Below are positions 20,877 to 29,679 of a stretch of DNA of 64,000 bases, piece by piece (the first letter of the stretch is position 1; the number at the start of each line of letters is the position of its first letter). The DNA lies in assembly GCA_965216465.1 (NCBI GenBank), contig CBDCFW010000006.1:992001-1056000 (forward strand), written 5' to 3'. A model generated the notes under the pieces. That model saw nothing but the letters and a program-made list of their open reading frames with translations, ran no database searches and was not told the DNA's origin. A program made the translations under genes and the position numbers. This stretch comes from Bacteroidia bacterium. GTDB taxonomy: Bacteria > Bacteroidota > Bacteroidia > NS11-12g > UBA9320.

Positions 20877-21113
20877 TTATCCTACGTTACCAGTGATATA
20901 ATCAACTGCATCTCCTACAGTAGCAATTTTCTCAGCTTGCTCATCAGGAATTGCAATGTTAAATTCTTTTTCAAATTCCATGATTAGTTCTACTGTATCT
21001 AAAGAGTCAGCACCTAAATCATTTGTAAAGCTTGCATCAATTGTTACCTCAGATTCTTCTACACCAAGTTTGTCTACGATGATTGATGTTACTTTTTCAG
21101 CTATTTCAGACAT
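20877..21113 (-). CDS. acpP: Acyl carrier protein
   Basis: [13 protein letters not shown] phosphopantetheine site. Confidence 0.98.
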   Translation of the reverse strand: MSEIAEKVTSIIVDKLGVEESEVTIDASFTNDLGADSLDTVELIMEFEKEFNIAIPDEQAEKIATVGDAVDYITGNVG

Positions 21114-21200
21114 ATTTAAATAATTTTTGTTAAGTGGTGCAAAGAACTATTTTTTAGTCAAAAAAGACAAAATTAATTTGCATTAAACTTATTCAATTAC

Positions 21201-21611
21201 ATGCAGTCTTTGTTCACTATAGAGGAATTAGCCTTAGAGGTACCCCCAATATTTGGGATATCGAGTGCACTAAAGGAAACAAAATTGGCCTACTTTCTTT
21301 TGTCGAACCCTGATTTGAGCGTTAAGCGAGTTGATGACGTTCAGAACTATGACAAAACAAGCTACCATGCAATTTATAGAATGACCTTCCTAGATGATGA
21401 TTATACATGTTTTTTAATCAAGAATAGAGGAAGCGATGGATACTTTTATAAGTCGTATAAAAACATCGATTATTTGTTATGTTCGGCCAGTGAAGAAGAA
21501 ATTAACAATGAAATAATTGAAATAGTGAGTGAACTTCGCGGTGTAAGTATTTGTTTTGCACTCAAAGAACCAAATCAAAACGAGATTCTAAATTTCAGTC
21601 AGCTTTTATGA
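21201..21611 (+). CDS. Hypothetical protein (IPExxxVDY-family-like)
   Basis: GISS..KLAYFL and IDYLL motifs; position between acpP and pyk is typical of Bacteroidota. Confidence 0.55.
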   Translation: MQSLFTIEELALEVPPIFGISSALKETKLAYFLLSNPDLSVKRVDDVQNYDKTSYHAIYRMTFLDDDYTCFLIKNRGSDGYFYKSYKNIDYLLCSASEEEINNEIIEIVSELRGVSICFALKEPNQNEILNFSQLL

Positions 21612-23047
21612 AGAAGCACAATATTAATTACAGTAAAACGAAAATAGTAGCGACCATTGGGCCTGCAACTTCTAGCGTATCTAACCTTAAAGAATTAATT
21701 AAGGCAGGTGTGGATGTGTGCCGTATCAATTTTTCGCATGGAGACCTCGAAACTCATAAGCAGGTTGTTGAGAATATACGAGAAGCAAATAAAGCACTTG
21801 GTACAACGGTTGCCATTCTAGGCGACTTGCAAGGTCCAAAGCTTCGAATAGGAGAGGTAGAAAACAACTTAATGGTTCTTGAAGAAGGAAGTACAGTAAC
21901 ATTAACCACTCAAGCTACTATTAGTAAAGATGGTCTAATCTATGTAAAATATACGACCCTCGCTCGCGATGTAAAACTAGGGGAAAGGGTACTACTCGAT
22001 GATGGAAAACTTGAATTGGAGTTTACTAAACGAGTAGATAAGCATACGGTCGAAGCTAAGGTGATAAATGGTGGTAATTTGAGTTCGAATAAAGGATTTA
22101 ATCTTCCTTCGACAGCATTATCGATTGATAGTATTACCCCAAAAGATAAGAAAGACTTGATGTTTGCTATCGAGAATGAATTCGATTGGGTTGCTTTATC
22201 TTTTGTTAGAGATAAGAAAGATATTGACCAACTAAGAAGCATCCTAAATAAACATGAGAGCGATGCTCATATCGTGGCAAAAATTGAAAAACCGCAAGCA
22301 GTGCATAACATCGATTCTATAATTGAGGCAACAGATGCAATTATGGTTGCTCGCGGTGACTTAGGAGTTGAAATGCCAATGGAGCAAGTTCCGATGATTC
22401 AGAAGAAGATTGTAAACAAATGCATTGACGCGGCAACTCCCGTAATTATAGCCACCCAAATGATGGAAAGCATGATTACTTCGCCAACTCCAACACGAGC
22501 TGAGGCAAACGATGTTGCCAACGCTGTAATGGACGGAGCTGATGCTGTAATGCTAAGTGCTGAAACATCGATAGGGCAGTATCCCATAAAAACAGTTGAA
22601 GCAGTGCATAGAATCGTTGGAAGTACAGAATTGGGCTGGGATGTGTACTATCGTATCCAACAACCAAACGAAGATTCTCCGACCTTTTACTCAGACGAGA
22701 TTTGCTTTGCGACTGTAACCATGAGTAGAGCCATTAAAGCAAAGGCTATACTTTCAATGACGCAAACGGGATACACGGCGTATCAAATAGCGAGCGGACG
22801 ACCAAATTGCGATGTGTTTATTTTTACTTCAAATCGCAAGCTGCTATCTAGATTAAGCTTAGTTTGGAATGTTAGAGCGTATTACTACAATCGTAAAACG
22901 AACACAGATGATACGGTTAAAGATGTAATCGCTATTTTGAAAAACGAAAAACTTTTAGAGAAGGGAGATGTTGTAGTAAATACTGCGGCCATGCCTGTTA
23001 ACGAGAACAGGAAGACCAATACGATGAAAATTAGTAGAGTACGCTAA
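21608..23047 (+). CDS. pyk: Pyruvate kinase
   Basis: KTKIVATIGPA, RINFSHG, DLQGPK, AKIEK, MVARGDLG, ATQMMESM; ATG 21608 overlaps the upstream TGA. Confidence 0.97.
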   Translation: MKKHNINYSKTKIVATIGPATSSVSNLKELIKAGVDVCRINFSHGDLETHKQVVENIREANKALGTTVAILGDLQGPKLRIGEVENNLMVLEEGSTVTLTTQATISKDGLIYVKYTTLARDVKLGERVLLDDGKLELEFTKRVDKHTVEAKVINGGNLSSNKGFNLPSTALSIDSITPKDKKDLMFAIENEFDWVALSFVRDKKDIDQLRSILNKHESDAHIVAKIEKPQAVHNIDSIIEATDAIMVARGDLGVEMPMEQVPMIQKKIVNKCIDAATPVIIATQMMESMITSPTPTRAEANDVANAVMDGADAVMLSAETSIGQYPIKTVEAVHRIVGSTELGWDVYYRIQQPNEDSPTFYSDEICFATVTMSRAIKAKAILSMTQTGYTAYQIASGRPNCDVFIFTSNRKLLSRLSLVWNVRAYYYNRKTNTDDTVKDVIAILKNEKLLEKGDVVVNTAAMPVNENRKTNTMKISRVR

Positions 23048-23559
23048 TGGCAAACCCAAACGAAATAGTAAACAGAGTTGAACAAAGTGGAATCATCACT
23101 TTAGATTTGGAACAGTTGATTCCAGATCAAAAGATTATGCATCTTGATATAAAGGATCAGCTTTTTCAAGGCCTTCTGCTTCGGGAAAAAGACTTTAGAG
23201 CTTGGGTGAAGTCGCACGATTGGGCTCAATACGAGGCGGCGTATGTTGCTGTTTTTTGTTCATCAGATGCTATTGTGCCAACTTGGGCTTATATGTTAGT
23301 TGCAACGGCATTAACTAATTACACTGATCAAGTCTATTACACACATCCTGAGCATTTACTCGGATTAATTGCAGAACGTCAGTTATCTGGTATAAATCCA
23401 GAAGATTATACCGATAAGCGTGTGGTAATAAAAGGTTGTGGCGACCGAGAGGTAGACAATCAAGGATATGTAAAATTGACATCAATGCTGGTTCCTTTTG
23501 CTAAATCTGTAATGTTTGGTGAACCCTGTAGCACCGTACCGGTTTACAAAAAGAGATAA
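23047..23559 (+). CDS. DUF2480 family protein
   Basis: EIVNRV..S, DAIVPTWAYML, VVIKGC, FGEPCSTVP motifs. Confidence 0.8.
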   Translation: MANPNEIVNRVEQSGIITLDLEQLIPDQKIMHLDIKDQLFQGLLLREKDFRAWVKSHDWAQYEAAYVAVFCSSDAIVPTWAYMLVATALTNYTDQVYYTHPEHLLGLIAERQLSGINPEDYTDKRVVIKGCGDREVDNQGYVKLTSMLVPFAKSVMFGEPCSTVPVYKKR

Positions 23560-23560
23560 A

Positions 23561-23587
23561 AAAAATCCCACCATCGGCGGGATTTTT
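23561..23587. terminator. Bidirectional intrinsic terminator
   Basis: AAAAATCCCACC-ATC-GGCGGGATTTTT between convergent genes. Confidence 0.75.
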
Positions 23588-23609
23588 AAGTTATAGTTAG
23601 TTTGTAGGT

Positions 23610-24188
23610 TTATTCACCAATTACTTCCAAAGCATCAAAGTCCATATTTCTTTCACCATCGATGTATTGCGTTACGAATGCATCATCAATCCCTAACGTC
23701 TTAATGTCGTTGCTGAATTGAACAGCATCCATTAGATTTTCAAAATATCCAATTACGTATCTTTTTGCACCATCAACTTCTTCAGCCTTTACAACTTTTA
23801 GCTTTTCATTAAAAGAAACAAGGTCTAAGTATTGATAGTATCCCATTTGAACTTGATAGATTGTGCCGTTAGGTACTTTAGCAGAAGGCATCGTCTCTAA
23901 AAGGTTGTTGTAACGGGCATTTAACTCATCAATTTTAGCAAGTAACTCGTTATTTGTTGCTTTGGCATCTTTCAATTCAGCTTTTAAGCGTTCAATCTCT
24001 GCTTCAAGATCATTGACTTCTGTTTTATGTCGGTCTAACATTTTTACCCATTTCTCTGGGTTTTTCTTATAGGTCTTTATTTCCTTTTTTAAGGCTTTAC
24101 GCTCTTGCTTTGAAAGAGTTTGTGCATCTACGAAGTTGAAATTTGCAGTGAATACCAAGGCTAAAATTGCCACAATTAATTTTCTCAT
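23610..24188 (-). CDS. Secreted coiled-coil protein with C-terminal SPOR-like domain
   Basis: Signal peptide, heptad coiled coil, YQVQMG..RYVIGYF..LGIDDAFV pattern. Confidence 0.6.
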   Translation of the reverse strand: MRKLIVAILALVFTANFNFVDAQTLSKQERKALKKEIKTYKKNPEKWVKMLDRHKTEVNDLEAEIERLKAELKDAKATNNELLAKIDELNARYNNLLETMPSAKVPNGTIYQVQMGYYQYLDLVSFNEKLKVVKAEEVDGAKRYVIGYFENLMDAVQFSNDIKTLGIDDAFVTQYIDGERNMDFDALEVIGE

Positions 24189-24288
24189 CTCTGATTGTAT
24201 CTATTTTGGCAACAAATCTAGAATTAAGCAAGCTTACTTTGAGGTTGACAATTGTTAATAACTAACTTTGCATACTTTTTTATATACA

Positions 24289-25692
24289 ATGGAATACAGA
24301 ATAGAAAAAGACAGTATTGGAGAGGTAAAAGTGCCTGCAGAAAGATACTGGGCTGCGCAAACCCAAAGGTCATTAGAAAACTTCAAAATTGGTAATCAGC
24401 GTATGCCAATTGAAATCATAAGAGCATTCGGAGTATTGAAAAAATGTGCTGCGATGACAAATCATGAATTAGGAGTGCTTGCAGAAGATAAGATGAAACT
24501 TATTTCAGCAGTTTGTGATGAAATTATTGAAGGTAAACTTGATGACGAATTTCCGTTGGTAATTTGGCAAACAGGAAGCGGTACCCAAAGCAACATGAAC
24601 GTAAATGAGGTAATCGCTAATCGCGGTCATGTATTAAACGGAGGGAAACTAAGTGATGCAGAAAAAGTATTACATCCTAACGATGATGTAAACAAATCGC
24701 AAAGTAGTAACGATACATTTCCAACAGCAATGACTATTGCCGTTTACAAACAAATGGTTGATTTTGCTATTCCAGGTCTACAAGTATTGAAAGATACCTT
24801 TAAGAAAAAGGCAAGGGACTTTAAGGATGTAGTTAAGATTGGAAGAACTCACTTTATGGATGCAACTCCATTAACGTTGGGTCAAGAATTCTCAGGTTAC
24901 AGAAGACAACTCGAATTAAGTATTAAAGCACTTGAAAAAGCTATGGATACGGCAACTGAGCTTGCACTTGGTGGCACAGCAGTAGGAACTGGCCTGAATA
25001 CACCAAAAGGATATTCTGAAATGGTTGCTGATAAGATAGCAAGAGAAATGGCAATGCCATTCAGAACAGCTGAAAACAAATTTGAAGCATTGGCTGCTCA
25101 CGACGCTATGGTTGAGCTTCATGGTGCTTTAAAGAGAGCTGCAGTGAGCTGCATGAAGATTGGAAACGATATTCGAATGCTGAGCTCTGGTCCTCGAAGT
25201 GGTATTGGTGAAATCATTATCCCAAGCAACGAACCAGGATCTTCTATTATGCCAGGTAAAGTAAACCCAACTCAAGCCGAAGCTCTAACCATGGTTTGTG
25301 CTCAAGTAATGGGTAATGATGTTGCAGTTTCAGTTGGAGGTAGTAATGGTCATTTTGAATTGAATGTATTTAAACCGATGATCGCAACCAACCTACTACA
25401 ATCAGCGAGAATATTAGGTCAAGCGTGTTTATCATTTAACAACAACTGTGTTGTTGGCATTGAACCAAATCACGCAGAGATTAAAAACAAATTGGATAAT
25501 TCGTTGATGTTGGTTACAGCTTTAAATACCCATATTGGTTATGACAAAGCCGCCAAAATTGCTAAGAAAGCATACAATGATAATTCTACTTTAAAGGCAG
25601 CTGCTCTTGAATTAGAGTACTTAACTGAAGAAGAATTTGATGCTTGGGTTAAACCAGAAGACATGTGTGGAGATACAGAATTAGGATTCTAA
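24289..25692 (+). CDS. fumC: Fumarate hydratase class II
   Basis: [32 protein letters not shown]; TAACTTTG promoter at 24263-24270. Confidence 0.97.
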   Translation: MEYRIEKDSIGEVKVPAERYWAAQTQRSLENFKIGNQRMPIEIIRAFGVLKKCAAMTNHELGVLAEDKMKLISAVCDEIIEGKLDDEFPLVIWQTGSGTQSNMNVNEVIANRGHVLNGGKLSDAEKVLHPNDDVNKSQSSNDTFPTAMTIAVYKQMVDFAIPGLQVLKDTFKKKARDFKDVVKIGRTHFMDATPLTLGQEFSGYRRQLELSIKALEKAMDTATELALGGTAVGTGLNTPKGYSEMVADKIAREMAMPFRTAENKFEALAAHDAMVELHGALKRAAVSCMKIGNDIRMLSSGPRSGIGEIIIPSNEPGSSIMPGKVNPTQAEALTMVCAQVMGNDVAVSVGGSNGHFELNVFKPMIATNLLQSARILGQACLSFNNNCVVGIEPNHAEIKNKLDNSLMLVTALNTHIGYDKAAKIAKKAYNDNSTLKAAALELEYLTEEEFDAWVKPEDMCGDTELGF

Positions 25693-25713
25693 TTTTTACA
25701 AACGAAATAAACC

Positions 25714-25744
25714 AAAAAAGGATCGCCTAGGCAATCCTTTTTTT
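25714..25744. terminator. Bidirectional intrinsic terminator
   Basis: AAAAAAGGATCGCC-TA-GGCAATCCTTTTTTT between fumC and fhs. Confidence 0.8.
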
Positions 25745-25765
25745 ATGAATAAAATTTTATAAAGT

Positions 25766-27433
25766 TTATGACAATCCGGTAATCGTACCGTTGTTGTCAA
25801 TGTCCATTCCTTCAGATGCAGGTACAGTAGGTAGACCTGGCATACGCATCATGTTGCCTAGAATAGGAATTAAGAATCCTGCTCCTGCAGCAATCTCAAA
25901 TTCTCTTACTGTAATTCTGAATCCTTCAGGTCTTCCAACTAACTTGTCGTTATCTGAGAATGATTTTTGTGTTTTCGCCATACAGATTGGTAGGTGGTTA
26001 AGCCCAAGTTTGTCAATTGTTCTCAACCCTCTTTTTGCTGCGGCTGCAAAATCCACCCCCTCTGCACCATAAATTTCGCGTGCAATAGTTTCGATTTTTT
26101 CAATAACAGAACTGTTCCAGTCGTACAATTTGTGAAAATCGCTTTTCCCACTTTCAACGGCATCAACAACGGCTTGAGCTAGATCTTGTGTGCCGTTTCC
26201 TCCTTCTGCCCATCCTTTGCTTAGAACAGCTTTAACGCCAATGGAAGCGCATTTTTCAATTAGCCAATCAATTTCTTCCTGGCTATCAGTATGGAAGTTG
26301 TTTACAGCAACAACCCGCTCCAAGCCAAATTTAGCCATGTTTTCTATATGCTTTTCAAGGTTTGCGAATCCTTTTTGAACACGCTCTAAGCTTGGGGTGT
26401 TGTATTCTTCTTTTGGTGACCCTCCGTGGTGACGAAGTGCTCTAATGGTTGCTACTATTACAACAGCTTTTGGTTTTAAGTTGCCATAACCGCATTTAAT
26501 ATCTAAGAATTTCTCAGCCCCTAAGTCTGCACCGAAACCAGCCTCGGTTACTACATAATCAGAAAGCGACATACCCATTTTAGTAGCGATAATGGTGTTC
26601 GTTCCTTGAGCGATGTTCGCAAATGGTCCACCGTGAATAATTGCCGGGTTATGCTCTAAAGTTTGCACCAAGTTTGGCTTGATTGCATCCTTCAATAAAA
26701 GCGTCATTGCATTTTCTGCGTTTAGATCTCTTGCATATACCGGTTTTCTATCGTAAGTATACCCAACAAAGATGTTTCCTAATTTTTCCTTAAGGTCAGC
26801 AATATCTTTTGCCATACATAAGATTGCCATAACTTCACTAGCAGCAGTGATATTGAATCCATCCTGTCTAGGAATTCCATTTGCAGTGCCCCCTAAACCA
26901 ATGGTAATGTCTCTTAATGCACGGTCGTTCATATCAATAACACGCTTCCATAGAATGGTACGCGGGTCAATATTCAAACTTCTTGTTTTGCTTTGAAGGT
27001 TGTTGTCGATCAATGCTGCAAGAAGGTTATTAGCTTTTTCAATCGCTCCAAAGTCTCCAGTAAAGTGAAGGTTGATATCTTCCATTGGAACAACTTGAGA
27101 ATGACCTCCTCCTGCTGCACCACCTTTAATACCAAAAACAGGTCCTAGTGATGGCTCTCTTAATACAACTAAAGATTGCTTTCCAATTTTGTTAAGACCT
27201 TCATTCAACCCGATTGATACAGTTGTTTTTCCTTCTCCTGCCGGAGTTGGAGTTAAAGCGGTTACAAGTACCAAATTGCTTTTAGCAATCTTGTCCTCAT
27301 TAATAAGTTCTAAAGGAAGCTTTGCCTTATACTTACCATACTGCTCAATGTCGTTTGATGAGATGTTTACTTTAGCAGCGATATCATTGATATGCTGCAT
27401 TTCGACTTGTTGTGCGATTTCTAAATCAGTCAT
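25766..27433 (-). CDS. fhs: Formate--tetrahydrofolate ligase
   Basis: TPAGEGKTT, KGGAAGGG, HGGPFANIA, EAGFGADLG, MPGLP. Confidence 0.97.
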   Translation of the reverse strand: MTDLEIAQQVEMQHINDIAAKVNISSNDIEQYGKYKAKLPLELINEDKIAKSNLVLVTALTPTPAGEGKTTVSIGLNEGLNKIGKQSLVVLREPSLGPVFGIKGGAAGGGHSQVVPMEDINLHFTGDFGAIEKANNLLAALIDNNLQSKTRSLNIDPRTILWKRVIDMNDRALRDITIGLGGTANGIPRQDGFNITAASEVMAILCMAKDIADLKEKLGNIFVGYTYDRKPVYARDLNAENAMTLLLKDAIKPNLVQTLEHNPAIIHGGPFANIAQGTNTIIATKMGMSLSDYVVTEAGFGADLGAEKFLDIKCGYGNLKPKAVVIVATIRALRHHGGSPKEEYNTPSLERVQKGFANLEKHIENMAKFGLERVVAVNNFHTDSQEEIDWLIEKCASIGVKAVLSKGWAEGGNGTQDLAQAVVDAVESGKSDFHKLYDWNSSVIEKIETIAREIYGAEGVDFAAAAKRGLRTIDKLGLNHLPICMAKTQKSFSDNDKLVGRPEGFRITVREFEIAAGAGFLIPILGNMMRMPGLPTVPASEGMDIDNNGTITGLS

Positions 27434-27519
27434 AAAATTTCCAGTTGCGGGCGACGAATATAACCAAAGCGGTTATTTGACTGAAATTTTCGCGGCACAA
27501 TTTCTATATATTTGAACGG

Positions 27520-28219
27520 ATGCGAAAGAGTATATTCCTGATTGGCGTTTGGGCATTTATATCAGCTTGTAACTCCAATTCTTCTCTCAACCAAAAAAAC
27601 AATGGACGATAATAATGCAGATACCATTTCCTACCTTGCCTTGGGAGATAGCTATACTATTGGAACAGAAATAGCCTTTAGCGAAAACTACCCAAGTCAA
27701 ATTGCTCAGGCCCTTAAAGACAGCTTGAATGCAGAGGTTGACTTGAAAGTAATTGCACAAAATGCATGGAGGGCCGACGACCTAAAACGTGCCATTAAAA
27801 GAGCAACACTAAAAGACCAATATGATTTAGTGACTCTATTGATAGGAGTAAATAATCAATACCAAGGATGGGATGTTAAAGATTTTAAACCGGAGTTTTT
27901 AGATCTGCTTGATACAGCGATTCAGTTTGCCAATGGAAATAAAAGCAAGGTTTCGGTATTTTCTATTCCAAATTACGGAGTAACTCCTTTCGGTGCTGAG
28001 AAAAGAGAACAAATCACCTCAGAACTTCAAGTCTACAATCAGGCAATAGACAGTATGTGTCAGTTAATTGGTGTTGATTTTTATGATGTATTCGAGGTTT
28101 CACTTGAAGCGGAAAAAAACCCAGATTTTGTTGCCAAAGATGGATTGCATCCCACCAAGCAGCAATACGCTAAATGGGTAGAGCCTTACCTGAAGGCCAT
28201 CATACAAAAGGCTAAATAA
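27520..28219 (+). CDS. SGNH/GDSL hydrolase; lipoprotein signal (27520-27612) out of frame with the catalytic domain (27602-28219)
   Basis: GDSYT, IGVNNQ, DGLHP motifs; upstream 30-aa ORF carries lipobox ISA-C; removing one A from the A7 run at 27593-27599 fuses the two frames. Confidence 0.8.
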
Positions 28220-29626
28220 TTACTTTACCTTCTTTTTCTTAATGTCGTAAGCTGCCTTTTTGTTTGACTTTTGATATACCTTCATTTGGCGTTCATTCAT
28301 GTCTTTGGAGGTTTCAATCTTTTTGCCATAAACCTGTACCAGTGAGTCTTGAGCCTCAAGTTCAGGAACTGCATCGTAATAAACCTTATTTTCTTGTAAA
28401 AAGTTCTCATTTGTTTGGTAATAATCATCTGCTCCATCAAAATCACGTTTGTCTACGGAGCGCATAGCCATTTCTTGCAGGTAGTTGCTGTAAAACAACG
28501 CATATTGTCCTTTCACTTCCTTATCAATATTTTCTGCAACAAGATTTACATCACTGGTTAGTTTGGCTGAAACGTTTCTACTTACTACTGCATCATTACC
28601 TCCTGAAGTAACATTTTTGAATGCCAGCTTGGTTGCAATTTCGTAGGTAGGAAGTGTGTTAAATCCTTCGAGAACGACCATAAGTGCCTTAGTGTTTTCT
28701 GAAGATAAATCGCCTAGGTTTACGAGCAAGGCATTATCAGATTGGGTAACACTTCTTTCGTAACCGTAAGTTTGTTTAACCTTTACTCCATTGGGGATAT
28801 CAATATGAAGCATCATGCCTTGAGCAACAACATTTAGCAAGCCATTCATTTCTTCTTCAAAAATGGTAGGTATTTGCGATGGATTTTCAATGAAGTAATA
28901 GTTTCCACTTCCAAACTCGGCCAGGTTCATCATGAGGTTTTCATTATAGTCAAGTCCAACCCCAAAAGTGGAAAGCGAGATGTCGTTGTCAAACTTCATA
29001 TTCTTAGCGATTTCTTGCAACTGGCTTTCGTCTGTGATTCCTTCATTTGCTAGGCCATCTGAGAGTAGAAGTACGCGGTTTACATATTCTTGGTTGTAAG
29101 TTGATTTAACTTCTTGATAGCCGTTTAATAGTCCACCGCTTAAATTAGTAGAACCATCCGCACCAATTCGATTAACCTTACTTCTCAACGCAGCTTTATC
29201 GGTTACCTTTCCAGAATGAACTACCGTCGTAGCTTGGTTGTCATAGGTGATAATTGAGACCAGATCTTCTGAAGTCAAATTATCAATAATAAAATTTGCC
29301 GCACGTCGCACGTAATCAATTTTGTCTCCTTTCATTGACCCGCTTTTATCAAGAACCAAGGCAAGGTTTAAGGGTGCTCTGGTAACATCAGGGTTTTGAT
29401 AAAAACCTGCTTGTATGTCGAGATACAGATAAGATTCTGCTGTGGTACTGGTATAATAAGCATTGTCTAATGTAGCCGAATACTGAATAAGCGAATCAGA
29501 CGAAACTGTAATTTCGTTGTCTCCAGATTTTGGCATTAAACTTTGATTGGTAGAGTTTCCTTCGGAAGCATTAATTGTACACGAAATCAGGAAAAAGGAG
29601 GTGGCAAATAGCGATAAACAGTTCAT
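28220..29626 (-). CDS. VWA-domain lipoprotein (YfbK-like)
   Basis: Lipobox LIS-C; MIDAS DKSGSM, GSTNLSGG, LLSDGLAN. Confidence 0.85.
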   Translation of the reverse strand: MNCLSLFATSFFLISCTINASEGNSTNQSLMPKSGDNEITVSSDSLIQYSATLDNAYYTSTTAESYLYLDIQAGFYQNPDVTRAPLNLALVLDKSGSMKGDKIDYVRRAANFIIDNLTSEDLVSIITYDNQATTVVHSGKVTDKAALRSKVNRIGADGSTNLSGGLLNGYQEVKSTYNQEYVNRVLLLSDGLANEGITDESQLQEIAKNMKFDNDISLSTFGVGLDYNENLMMNLAEFGSGNYYFIENPSQIPTIFEEEMNGLLNVVAQGMMLHIDIPNGVKVKQTYGYERSVTQSDNALLVNLGDLSSENTKALMVVLEGFNTLPTYEIATKLAFKNVTSGGNDAVVSRNVSAKLTSDVNLVAENIDKEVKGQYALFYSNYLQEMAMRSVDKRDFDGADDYYQTNENFLQENKVYYDAVPELEAQDSLVQVYGKKIETSKDMNERQMKVYQKSNKKAAYDIKKKKVK

Positions 29627-29679
29627 AGTTATTTTACAACGCATGAACGTTAGCATAAAGTATCTTGAATTAACGTGGG

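Noticed and set aside
25714-25744. fumC terminator shares AAGGATTGCCT (minus strand) with the array core
   Set aside because: Only 11 nt and lacks the GA/GA-triloop centre; compatible with chance.
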